Source: Nitrospinaceae bacterium (GTDB lineage: Bacteria; Nitrospinota; Nitrospinia; Nitrospinales; Nitrospinaceae). From it: 64,000 nucleotides of DNA. The DNA is taken from NCBI GenBank assembly GCA_965223665.1, contig OZ245011.1, forward strand, positions 3,456,001 through 3,520,000, in the 5' to 3' direction. The notes below the pieces were generated by a model. It saw nothing but the letters and a program-made list of their open reading frames with translations, did no database searches and was not told the origin of the DNA. Below are positions 10,794-20,137 of this stretch, piece after piece. A program made the position numbers and the translations under genes. Positions within the stretch are counted from its first letter, which is position 1. Each line of letters begins with the position of its first letter.

Positions 10794-11588
10794 TTATGGC
10801 AAAGGGAGGACGGTACGAAATCCGTAAATATTATTTTTTACTGTGGGTAAATTTCTGGCTCTTGTAGTCGCTTTCACCTCATCAATATTATTAACCCAGG
10901 AGCCCCCCCTTAATACTTTCATTTGTTTAGGTTCAGGTCCTTCAGGGTCCAATTCCGGGCTGAATTTGTAATACTCGGGGTCATACCAATCCAGACACCA
11001 TTCCCAGACATTTCCGGCCATATTTAAAACTCCAAATGGACTGGCACCTGATTGATAATAGGTTGCAGGGGCGGTGAATTTATATCGATCTTCCATTCCG
11101 TAAATATTTACAAAAAACAAATTAAATCCTTTAGCCCATTTCTCTCCCCACGGGTATAACCTCCCGTCATTTCCTCGAGCAGCTTTTTCCCATTCCGCTT
11201 CTGTGGGAAGACGTCGTCCTTTCCAACGTGCGTAAGCCATGGCATCAAACCAACTGACACCAACTACGGGTTGGTCGGGTTGGTTAAACCGGTCATCATC
11301 CCAGTATTTGGGCACAGGATGATTGGTCGATTCTACAAATTGCTTATATTCAGAGTTGGAGACTTCGTATTTATCAATAAAGAATGCCGAAGTGAAAACA
11401 TAGTGCAGGGGTTTTTGGTCTTCTTCTCCACTGGCAGTTCCCATAGGAAAATAACCCTCAGGAATATAAATCATACCCTGTGGTGGTTCCGGGTTAGCAA
11501 ACCCAAAAGAAAAAAAACCAAAGACAAAAATAAAGCTTAGATTTAAGCAGAAAAATTTAAAAATAAATTTAAAGTGGTTTTGACTCAT
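10794..11588 (-). CDS. Exported FGE-sulfatase (SUMF1-like) domain protein
   Basis: PVVGVSWFDA, RLPTEAEWEKAARG, NMAGNVWEW, RGGSW, YGFR. Confidence 0.9.
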   Translation of the reverse strand: MSQNHFKFIFKFFCLNLSFIFVFGFFSFGFANPEPPQGMIYIPEGYFPMGTASGEEDQKPLHYVFTSAFFIDKYEVSNSEYKQFVESTNHPVPKYWDDDRFNQPDQPVVGVSWFDAMAYARWKGRRLPTEAEWEKAARGNDGRLYPWGEKWAKGFNLFFVNIYGMEDRYKFTAPATYYQSGASPFGVLNMAGNVWEWCLDWYDPEYYKFSPELDPEGPEPKQMKVLRGGSWVNNIDEVKATTRARNLPTVKNNIYGFRTVLPLP

Positions 11589-11812
11589 GAGACATCGAAG
11601 AATCCGATGTAAGTCACTACGTTGGTTTCGGGATCGATATGTAAATTCTTTTCAATATCTTGAATTTCGATCCATTTATAATGCCCATTCCAACAATGCA
11701 GAGAAAGAATCGAGTTGCCGTACCAATCGGAGCAATGGTTAAGAAACAGAGGGGCTTTGCATTTGTCGCAATGGCCTTCTATTTGAAATGGTTCTTTTTC
11801 TGCTTTTTTCAT
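11585..11812 (-). CDS. Small hypothetical Zn-ribbon-like protein
   Basis: CDKC...CWNGH metal-ligand pattern; ATGA overlap with the downstream FGE gene. Confidence 0.65.
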   Translation of the reverse strand: MKKAEKEPFQIEGHCDKCKAPLFLNHCSDWYGNSILSLHCWNGHYKWIEIQDIEKNLHIDPETNVVTYIGFFDVS

Positions 11813-12069
11813 GAGCCTTAGTTATTAACAATTATTAGGAGTTAATAATTTATAGTATGTATAAAATCTAAAACACTTCAAGTAAATTTTATAAAAAAAT
11901 TAAATTTTTGATGCGCATAAACCCTGATTTGTCAAGTGTTTTATTATGTCGGTTTTAATGGGATGCCAAAATGGGCTTAATAAAGCTAATAAGAAAATTG
12001 CTGTAAAAGCTTGTTTTCCGGGATTTTGATCATCTAATTTTAGGATTTTAATTCTTGTGTTTGTTGAAT

Positions 12070-12645
12070 TTAAAACCCATGATTTTGCAACATCTTTTTT
12101 ACAATTTCTATGGGTAAGCCGACAATGTTTGAGTACGAACCAGACCAGGAGTCAACCAGTTTAGCTCCCTTTCCTTGGATAGCATATGCGCCTGCTTTAT
12201 CCAAGGATTCCCCGGATTTAATATAGGTATCAATGGTTTCCTGAGTTAAGGGTTTAATTTTTACTTTTGAAACTTCGACGTCTTCCCACAAATTTCCCTT
12301 TGGATCAATTAAAGAAACAGCGGTCATGACTTCATGTTCTTTTCCCTTTAAGAGATTTAGAATTTTTGATGCGTCATTTGAATCTATTGGTTTCCCAATT
12401 ATGTTTCCTTCGAGTACAACAATAGTATCGGCTCCCAAAACAAAATGATCTGGATATATTTCATGGATTTTCTGTGCTTTTTTTCTAGCAATGCCTAAAG
12501 CATTTTTTTGGGGATTTAGACGTGGATCGAGGGTTTCTTCAATTGAGGCAGGTTTAACTTCAAAGGAATATCCCTCTGCCTTCAATAATTCGATTCGTCT
12601 AGGGGACTGAGAAGCTAGTATTAAATTGGGAGAATTATAAGTCAT
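12070..12645 (-). CDS. maf: Maf family nucleotide pyrophosphatase
   Basis: ILASQSPRR, LGADTIV, DKAGAYAIQG, NIVGLP. Confidence 0.95.
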   Translation of the reverse strand: MTYNSPNLILASQSPRRIELLKAEGYSFEVKPASIEETLDPRLNPQKNALGIARKKAQKIHEIYPDHFVLGADTIVVLEGNIIGKPIDSNDASKILNLLKGKEHEVMTAVSLIDPKGNLWEDVEVSKVKIKPLTQETIDTYIKSGESLDKAGAYAIQGKGAKLVDSWSGSYSNIVGLPIEIVKKMLQNHGF

Positions 12646-12816
12646 TGGTCACTGGAAATTTAAGCTGAAATAATTTAGTATATTTCCACCCAAACATTCA
12701 AGATTTGGTTGTAAGTTTATTAATAGAAATTTATTGGCTTTTGTAGGTTGATAAAAGATTGGTATTCAAATTACTAATTTTTTGGTAGTCCGTAAATATT
12801 TTGATTAGGTATTATA

Positions 12817-13221
12817 ATGGTTGGTTTTTCCCATAGAATCCAGGTAAGGCATATTGTAGTAGATAAAAAAGAGGTTGCCGATCTATTGAAATCTTCTGTA
12901 GACGAAATTAAAACCTCAGTAGGTCGAATACAAATGGTAATGCGATTGGCTGAAAAATATAGTATTTGTTCGACGAAAGAAGATGGTGGAAATTTAGGTT
13001 GGATAGAGTTAAGTTCAGATGATCCACGTATTAAAGATTATGACCCTGTATTAAAAAATCACGAACTTGAAGAAATTATTCGAAATAGTGTTAGGAACCA
13101 TCAGATATTTAAGGGTAAACTATTTGGCCCGGTACAAACAAAAGAGGGGTTTCATTTGCTTATGATAAGTAACGAGTTTGGGGAAGATCGCTCGACAGAG
13201 TTTACAGGTTCGGCTCTTTAG
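12817..13221 (+). CDS. Cytoplasmic parvulin (PpiC-type) PPIase with insertions
   Basis: VRHIVV, LAEKYSIC, GGNLGW, GPVQTKEGFHLL. Confidence 0.8.
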   Translation: MVGFSHRIQVRHIVVDKKEVADLLKSSVDEIKTSVGRIQMVMRLAEKYSICSTKEDGGNLGWIELSSDDPRIKDYDPVLKNHELEEIIRNSVRNHQIFKGKLFGPVQTKEGFHLLMISNEFGEDRSTEFTGSAL

Positions 13222-14339
13222 GAGTTTGTCCCCAAAAATTGTTCCGCTTGCTCCTGGCTTTTGGCTTCTTGTTCAACAAAATTATATGCAAAGCATCCAC
13301 TTGAGCAACGAACCATGTAATGTGGACATGATTTGCAAGGCTCTTTGGTTTCTGTGTTTTCAAAAACATAATTAAGGAATTTAGATCCCATCTGAGCTGT
13401 TGAAATGGAGTTCACTTCTTTAAATTCTTGTATATTTCCCAGTTTCTGATTGTGGAATGGAAAGCAATTGAAGCAATCCCCTTTAGCGTCGATATCCATT
13501 GGACTTCCATCGGCACAGCCAAAATAAAATTGATGCTGTTTCCATTCCAATAAATCAGGAACCTGTTGAAATCCATGATAATAAAAACGTGAAACAAGAT
13601 CGTATTCATCCTCTTTGACATCATCCAAAAAACAAGGGGGGAAAGAACAATCAAATCGAAAACACATTTGAGGAAATTCTTTTAATAGATCTAACATTTG
13701 TCGCCCAACTTTTGGAAAATCTCTAATAGGTAAATAAATATTATTAATGTCTCCTACAATTGGGAAGGCCGGGCTTATCCTGATGCGGTAAGTTTTGTCT
13801 TTGGGTAATCCTATGTTTTGATAAATGTTGTCGATTTCTTGACATTGAGTGTGAAGATCTTGGTTTTTAGAGTATAAGTTAATGCTAAAGGTGACCCCGT
13901 ATCCATTAAGCTTTAAAAGTCGCCGGGCTACTTCATGGCAACGTTGGTGGTTTTTTTCAGATATATTTTCCAATGTTTGCCAATTCAGTAAAACCGAAAA
14001 GTTTATGTTCCGCTTGATACTTCCATTTACACCAATGGTATGCTCAAGTAACTCCAAAACTTTGTCCGGCATCAGTCCATTAGTAAAAATACCGAGATTG
14101 GAATAGGGTGATAGGTTTTCTAGAGTATTTGAAAAGATTTCATTAAAATGTGGATGGAGGGTAGGCTCACCTCCCATAAAATTGATTACACTAGCTGTTT
14201 TGATTTTTGGAAGTAGCTCATTCTGAAAATAGTCCAATTCTATTGATTTACCAGGAGTACGGACCGTTTCTTCCATATATTCATCTGCAAAGCAGTAATT
14301 ACACTTTAAATTGCAGTAACTATTTAAAATTATGTTCAT
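13218..14339 (-). CDS. Radical SAM/SPASM-domain protein of unknown function
   Basis: CNLKCNYC, GGEPTLHP, FTNG, C-terminal CKSC-x6-CSSGC; start moved to ATG 14339 (RBS GAGGG). Confidence 0.88.
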   Translation of the reverse strand: MNIILNSYCNLKCNYCFADEYMEETVRTPGKSIELDYFQNELLPKIKTASVINFMGGEPTLHPHFNEIFSNTLENLSPYSNLGIFTNGLMPDKVLELLEHTIGVNGSIKRNINFSVLLNWQTLENISEKNHQRCHEVARRLLKLNGYGVTFSINLYSKNQDLHTQCQEIDNIYQNIGLPKDKTYRIRISPAFPIVGDINNIYLPIRDFPKVGRQMLDLLKEFPQMCFRFDCSFPPCFLDDVKEDEYDLVSRFYYHGFQQVPDLLEWKQHQFYFGCADGSPMDIDAKGDCFNCFPFHNQKLGNIQEFKEVNSISTAQMGSKFLNYVFENTETKEPCKSCPHYMVRCSSGCFAYNFVEQEAKSQEQAEQFLGTNS

Positions 14340-14342
14340 TGA

Positions 14343-14436
14343 CTGGCCCTCATTCAGGAGGGGCCAGAGTACAGATTCAAATTCAACTAATTTGTTTTTG
14401 AAAATTAGACATCCCTTCAATAAAGGGAATTTGAAT
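14343..14436 (-). promoter_or_regulatory. Structured 5' leader: three-way junction plus SD-sequestering hairpin
   Basis: Four nested or adjacent complementary helices read directly from the sequence. Confidence 0.45.
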
Positions 14437-14497
14437 TTATGCTGCCTTAATCACAACATATTTTATAAAATCTGTGCGCCAGCCATTTTTAAATGGT

Positions 14498-14779
14498 TTA
14501 TGTTTCAAAAACTTTTTTTCTTCGAACAATTTGCCCGGTTCCAGCTTGTACCAACATTCTTAATTCAAACGGGTACGTGCGGCAGACATTTACAAATTTT
14601 TCAATAGCCAAGTTTTTTGCATCTGTTTCATCTTGCGATTCCACTTTTATTTCCCATGCGGTTTTTAAAGTGGGGATTCTTTCAAAGCAAGCTTCTTCTA
14701 ACCGTAGTGCCATTTCATCGGCAACTTCTTCAGCTAAACCTTGAATTTCTGTAACTACCAAAACATTATACGCTTGCAC
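14498..14779 (-). CDS. Hypothetical 93-aa protein
   Basis: GTG start with GGAGG RBS; co-oriented upstream of the radical SAM gene. Confidence 0.7.
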   Translation of the reverse strand: MQAYNVLVVTEIQGLAEEVADEMALRLEEACFERIPTLKTAWEIKVESQDETDAKNLAIEKFVNVCRTYPFELRMLVQAGTGQIVRRKKVFET

Positions 14780-14988
14780 TGAGGGACCTCCAAAAAAAGA
14801 CGGTCTTGAGTTAACTATTTAGGAAATTTTTTTGTGTATAATATCATATGGAGATAATCAAGGAATAATATCCTCCAAAGTTTCTGAACATCCGATATTC
14901 CTTTTTGCCAATACGCACCAAAAATCTCATCTATTTTTCAAAAGATATTTGATATTCCATTCATTAATTATTTGCCGAGTTAAAATCT

Positions 14989-16485
14989 TTGTCCCCTATA
15001 CAAAGCTTCATTGCTAATATTTCCTGGAACATATTTGGAAAAATCTGGATCCAAATTGTTTATTTTGCTCTTTCGGTGATAATTACTCGCTACTTAGGGA
15101 AAAATGCTTTAGGCCTTTACGCCACCCTACTGGTAATTCCAGCTTTCATGCGACTGGTTAACAGTTTGGGATTAGAAATGGCATTGCATAAAGTGTTGCC
15201 TGAACTGCAAGCAGAGGACCCTTCTTTAGGACAGGGGCGCTTTGTTTTACAAAAAGTACTTTTGGTCCGTCTATCTTCTTCCTTTTTACTATTGGCAGCT
15301 TTTTTCTATTTCCTTCCTCAATATGCTCAATGGATTGCAACTCCTGAACTGCTTAACTATCAAGGGATTTTAGCGATTTATTTTTTGGTGGTTGGAGTTA
15401 ATTCTTTATTCACGGCTGTTTTACAGACTTATTTAGATTACAAGTCGGTGATAATTGGTGAAGGGATTAACGCAATTTTGAATCTTTTCTTTTTACTATT
15501 TTTTATCCAAATGGATGCGGGTATTCAGGGGGTACTTTGGGCCTATGTCTTATCCTCAATTGCAAATTTTGCGTACTATTTTTTCCGGAGTAGAAATTAT
15601 TTTTTTGGGGAGAAAACTCCTACTGATCTGGCTGAAACACGTAGTTTAGCAGGAACTCTTTATTTAGTGAGTCTTATTAGCTTTGGCTTATTAACCCAAA
15701 CGGATGTTCTTTTTATGAATTTTTTCCAGGTGGCTGACGGTCACATTGGTTACTATTATCTGGCGACTTCTTTTGGTGGAATGTTGACTTTTGTTCTTTC
15801 AGGAATTGGAGCTTTGGCTCTCTCATTATTTTCAGATTCCTATACCCGGGAAGGTGAAGAAGGCCTTTCAAAAATTTGGATTTGGATTGTAGGATTTGCG
15901 GTATTTCTTACTGCTCCTATATATGTTTTTGCGGCGATTCAATCAGAACCCCTAATCACTTATGTTTATGGTTCTGCATTTTCTGAAGTAGGTAAGCTTT
16001 TAACTTTATATGTTGTATTTCTTGCTTTTCAACTTTGTCTGGGATCAGAAATGAATGGGTGGGTTTTAGTGGCAGTAGGCAAAAAGAATCAGGTTCTCAG
16101 GGTTAGTGTTGAAGGAAGTTTGCTAAATGTATTATTAGATATGTTATGGATTCCTGATAACGGAGAATGGGGTGCTGTTTTAGCCACTGGATCTACCATG
16201 ACCTTCATGGTATTTCGACAATTATTGATGGTTACTGACGTAATTAATGTTCGCGGAATATTTTCGTTAATTGCGAAATTTATGTGTCTGGCATTATTAG
16301 CTTTAATTCCCTGTTTGTTGGTTTCTTATATGAGAAACACTCATGTCCTTTGGAATGCTGCTATATATGGATCGACTTTTTTCTTTATCCTAGTTTGGGT
16401 AAAACCATTGCGACAAAAACAGTTGGGTTTTTTGTCTCAATGGTATCCTTCTTTAACTCCCGTTTTTGGATGGTTTTCTCGTTAA
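14989..16485 (+). CDS. Wzx-type (MOP superfamily) polysaccharide flippase
   Basis: About 12-14 TM helices; N-terminal IITRYLG...GLYA; GHIGYYYLA; GEWGAVLAT. Confidence 0.85.
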   Translation: MSPIQSFIANISWNIFGKIWIQIVYFALSVIITRYLGKNALGLYATLLVIPAFMRLVNSLGLEMALHKVLPELQAEDPSLGQGRFVLQKVLLVRLSSSFLLLAAFFYFLPQYAQWIATPELLNYQGILAIYFLVVGVNSLFTAVLQTYLDYKSVIIGEGINAILNLFFLLFFIQMDAGIQGVLWAYVLSSIANFAYYFFRSRNYFFGEKTPTDLAETRSLAGTLYLVSLISFGLLTQTDVLFMNFFQVADGHIGYYYLATSFGGMLTFVLSGIGALALSLFSDSYTREGEEGLSKIWIWIVGFAVFLTAPIYVFAAIQSEPLITYVYGSAFSEVGKLLTLYVVFLAFQLCLGSEMNGWVLVAVGKKNQVLRVSVEGSLLNVLLDMLWIPDNGEWGAVLATGSTMTFMVFRQLLMVTDVINVRGIFSLIAKFMCLALLALIPCLLVSYMRNTHVLWNAAIYGSTFFFILVWVKPLRQKQLGFLSQWYPSLTPVFGWFSR

Positions 16486-16535
16486 TCCTCAATGGATGGG
16501 AAATGTTTGCCGATAATAAAATTATTCAGGAGTAA

Positions 16536-17594
16536 ATGGCAATGTCCTTCCCAAATACATTTGAATTTTGTAATAAACTCGTTGGGCCGGGTCTTCCTGC
16601 TTTTGTCATTGCGGAAGTGGGTTTTAATCATAATGGTGATGTTGAGTTAGCCAAACAGTTGATTACTGCTGCTAAGGAAAATGGGGCCGATGCTGTAAAA
16701 CTGCAAACATGGAATGCTAAAGATTTTTATTCCACTCAATTTTTGGCAAAGGATCCCGATCAGCCCAATCAAACTATCGAATTTTACAAGTTTTTCCAAC
16801 GGTATGAGTTGTCAAAAGAGGACTATAAAGTTCTATTTGATTTTTCTAAACAAATAAATATTCCTTTATTTTCCACTCCCTTTGATGATGCTTCACTAGA
16901 CATGTTGGTGGAGATGGGAATGCCTGCAATTAAAATTGCTTCAGGAGATTTGACCCATCACCAGTTTATAAAATATGCTTCATCAAAGGGATTGCCAATT
17001 GTATTGTCAACTGGAATGGGAAACTTGGAGGAAATTGCTGCTGCCTTAGAAATTATTCAAAAGGGAAGTAATCCCCAAATTGTTCTTATGCATTGTGTAT
17101 CCAATTATCCCGCTAAACATGAAGAAATGAATTTGTCATGTATTCCTCATTTATCTTCAAAATTTAATGCCCCCGTTGGATTGTCTGATCATACTCTTGA
17201 TTTATTGGCCTCAACAATTGCTTGCTCATTGGGAGCGGTCATGATTGAAAAACATTTTACTTTGAATAGGGACTTACCTGGGGCCGATCAAAAAATTTCT
17301 ATGGAACCTTGGGATTTAAAACGACTTAAACAAATTACCCAAAGCGTCAATATGGCTTTGGGAGATTCGGAAAAAAAGGCCCAAGCTTCTGAAGAACCTG
17401 TCAAGTTAGGAGCTCGGCGCAGTGTAGTTGCTAAAGTTAAAATTGATTCAGGATCGGTTATTACCTTAGACATGCTTACCGCAAAACGCCCGGGAACCGG
17501 AATTTCGGTAATAGACATTCAACAGGTGGCGGGTCGCAAAGCGAAAGTTGCCATTCAAGAAGATCAAATTCTTACCTGGGACATGGTTACATAA
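16536..17594 (+). CDS. NeuB-family nonulosonic acid synthase with C-terminal SAF domain
   Basis: IAEVGFNHNGD, ADAVKLQ, STPFD, KIASGD, HCVSNYP, GLSDHT, IEKHFT, KRPGTG. Confidence 0.93.
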   Translation: MAMSFPNTFEFCNKLVGPGLPAFVIAEVGFNHNGDVELAKQLITAAKENGADAVKLQTWNAKDFYSTQFLAKDPDQPNQTIEFYKFFQRYELSKEDYKVLFDFSKQINIPLFSTPFDDASLDMLVEMGMPAIKIASGDLTHHQFIKYASSKGLPIVLSTGMGNLEEIAAALEIIQKGSNPQIVLMHCVSNYPAKHEEMNLSCIPHLSSKFNAPVGLSDHTLDLLASTIACSLGAVMIEKHFTLNRDLPGADQKISMEPWDLKRLKQITQSVNMALGDSEKKAQASEEPVKLGARRSVVAKVKIDSGSVITLDMLTAKRPGTGISVIDIQQVAGRKAKVAIQEDQILTWDMVT

Positions 17595-17602
17595 TTTTTA
17601 TT

Positions 17603-20137
17603 TTAATTAATTAAAGCAGGTTCGGGGGGAGTTTTCTCTTTTTCCAAGGATTTTTCTTTTGATGTTTCTGTGAAAATTTCGGGATATTCATAATCCTCAA
17701 AAACTTTCTTATATAATTCTTCAGAAACAGGAGTTTTAGAGAAGTTGATTTTCTTCATGATTTTAAACATGGTTAAGCCAAGTAGAAAGGCCGGCGGCAA
17801 ATATATCCAACCAGTACTTTCTCCAAACACCAACTTTGTAAAACCAATAATCAAGAGTATACCGGCAATTGAAGTCATCAGGGCGCATGCGAATCGTTTC
17901 CACGGAAATACGATATGATGTTTCTCATAGTTGAAGTACTTCACTTCTTCCGGCCACCAACCAAATGGTAAAGCACGCGCGAAAAATCTTCTACGAACCT
18001 CTACAGGTTCAGGTTTCGTGAGCAAAGTAGCGATGATCCAGAAGGGCATGACGGTAAAAACACTAAGAATTAGACGAAAGGACTCTTCCTCTAAATACCA
18101 GGTATCTCCAATCGTTGCTGCAAAAAGATAATGATATATTTTTATCCCGTAAGTTAATTCAAAATCCCAAATTGATTGATGAGCCCACAGCCAAGCTACT
18201 AAGTTATCAATAGGGCCAAATCCATGTAGAAGTACATAAGCTATTAAGGATCCTATGAGCCCTGCCATAATGGAATAACTGTTAATTCTCCAATACCAAA
18301 ACATGCATACGGTGGGAAGTCCTGCGCCGGCTAGGAGTTCAATTGCGAGTTCCCATCCCGTCAATAAATTATCTACATGGAGAACATAGTATAGTAAAAG
18401 AAAAATTAAACCGAGAATGGCAACTTTTCCAACAACAAACTCTTCCAACGGAGATGATTTCTTTTTTCGGAGATTACTCCACAACTCCATAATGTAAGAT
18501 CCACCATGAAAGAGTTGACTGGTCATTGTCGACATATAAGCGCCATAAGCTACCGAAACGAAAAGTCCACCTAAAATGCCGGATCCAAATAATATAAACC
18601 CAGAGATTGCTACAGCTGCATCACCATTTAAATGGACCCCATATGAGTGAATGGAAGGAACTAAGAATAATGATGCGATTCCTAAAACTGTCCAGGGGTG
18701 GTGCCTTAAGGCAAAGGAAAAGGTGGAATGAAATAGACCTGCGCCCACAGCATGAAATTCATTTTTACAATCTTTAAGTCTTTGAACTGCATAACCTCCT
18801 ATAAATGATCCCAATAGCGGTTGCAATCCCAGTAGAGCAATTAACCCTATAATTGAAAAAAATAGTTCATTGGAAAAAGGGTAATGCAAAATCAAACTTC
18901 CCATGGTGTCGGGATTGGTGACACGCTGTCCGGTCAAAAATGCGCAAATCTCAGTTTTTTCGATTCCATGGTGATCTAAAGAAGCAGTGTAGGATTTTAA
19001 ATCTGAGAATTTTTCAGAAGGATACATTCGATCATCCAAGAGACCTGCGGATTGCAGTTGGGCAATTGTTTCCTTGTTTTTAAACCTCCAGGGTTTGGGT
19101 ATAAAATGTTTTTCCCAAAACTGATAAAAGGGATCCTGTTCATTCATATCAACAGCGTTTAGAATAATCCTTTTGCTTAATCCAGTGATCTTTGGATCAA
19201 AAATATATTTATTGGGAAGGTGAGAGGATTCTATAAGGATTTGATTTTTAATCAAACGGTTGGGATCTGCGGTGCTTTTTTGGAAAAGTGCTTTTTCGAT
19301 TTTCACTAATGAGTTACGCGTCTCGCCACTAGCGAGGATAGCTTTGCCCTTATTAACAGTTCCTTTAACACCAAAGTCGTCCCAGATATTGATCATTGCA
19401 CCAAAAAACATAAATGCGGCTAGTATAATTTGGGCATTATCTGCTAAGACCATTCCACGAAATCCAGAAAAAAGACTGAAAACCACTACCGGGACAAGCA
19501 TTGCAAAAAATATAAAGGGTTCCGCAGCAAATGTTATGGACGCATTTAGGGGATAAACTTCACCATGTGGCAAAAAATGTGGAAAAATATCTAATCCCTC
19601 AAATGTGAAATAAACTCCGGAAATATTAAATCCCAAAAGTACTACCATTACCATGGCCTTGCACACTGTTCCCATAACAGCGTTGTTTCTTGCAAGAATT
19701 TCTACCAGGCTTTGGATAACCATGAGAACTCTGGCTCTTTGGCCTCCGAAACGAAGTAATGGAAGGGCAGCGTCTGCATAAAGCCGAAGCCTTACCCAAA
19801 TTTCTGCGTATAAGAAGGTACCTAGAGAAAAGGCGATCAATCCGCTTTGCCAAAACCAGTTCCAACCCACTCCACCTTTTGAACGGATAAAGTCTCCCAC
19901 CACAAAGGGTGTATCACTGGCAAACATGGTGGCGATGATAGCCCCACCGGCTACAAACCAAGTGAAGCGTTTAGATTCTTCGACAACAGAGTATGTTTGT
20001 TTTTTGGTTTTTTGCCCAATTCGCCACCGGTAATAGGCATAGGCCATTAAAATTCCAACAAAGGCGAAAAAGGTCCATTGACCACTGGGGCCTAAGTAGA
20101 CGTTTTCAGCAGGTAATGGGGCTTGAATGGAGTTCAC
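17603..20137 (-). CDS. Sodium:solute symporter (SSF) family protein with a large soluble insertion
   Basis: WFVAGGAIIATMFASDTP, GWNWFW, AYMSTMTSQL, WYWRIN; hydrophilic insert at about aa 255-415. Confidence 0.8.
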   Translation of the reverse strand: MNSIQAPLPAENVYLGPSGQWTFFAFVGILMAYAYYRWRIGQKTKKQTYSVVEESKRFTWFVAGGAIIATMFASDTPFVVGDFIRSKGGVGWNWFWQSGLIAFSLGTFLYAEIWVRLRLYADAALPLLRFGGQRARVLMVIQSLVEILARNNAVMGTVCKAMVMVVLLGFNISGVYFTFEGLDIFPHFLPHGEVYPLNASITFAAEPFIFFAMLVPVVVFSLFSGFRGMVLADNAQIILAAFMFFGAMINIWDDFGVKGTVNKGKAILASGETRNSLVKIEKALFQKSTADPNRLIKNQILIESSHLPNKYIFDPKITGLSKRIILNAVDMNEQDPFYQFWEKHFIPKPWRFKNKETIAQLQSAGLLDDRMYPSEKFSDLKSYTASLDHHGIEKTEICAFLTGQRVTNPDTMGSLILHYPFSNELFFSIIGLIALLGLQPLLGSFIGGYAVQRLKDCKNEFHAVGAGLFHSTFSFALRHHPWTVLGIASLFLVPSIHSYGVHLNGDAAVAISGFILFGSGILGGLFVSVAYGAYMSTMTSQLFHGGSYIMELWSNLRKKKSSPLEEFVVGKVAILGLIFLLLYYVLHVDNLLTGWELAIELLAGAGLPTVCMFWYWRINSYSIMAGLIGSLIAYVLLHGFGPIDNLVAWLWAHQSIWDFELTYGIKIYHYLFAATIGDTWYLEEESFRLILSVFTVMPFWIIATLLTKPEPVEVRRRFFARALPFGWWPEEVKYFNYEKHHIVFPWKRFACALMTSIAGILLIIGFTKLVFGESTGWIYLPPAFLLGLTMFKIMKKINFSKTPVSEELYKKVFEDYEYPEIFTETSKEKSLEKEKTPPEPALIN

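Noticed and set aside
14340-14497. RiPP precursor peptide beside the radical SAM/SPASM gene
   Set aside because: Only tiny ORFs (e.g. MSNFQKQIS) with poor RBS spacing and no precursor-like motif are present.
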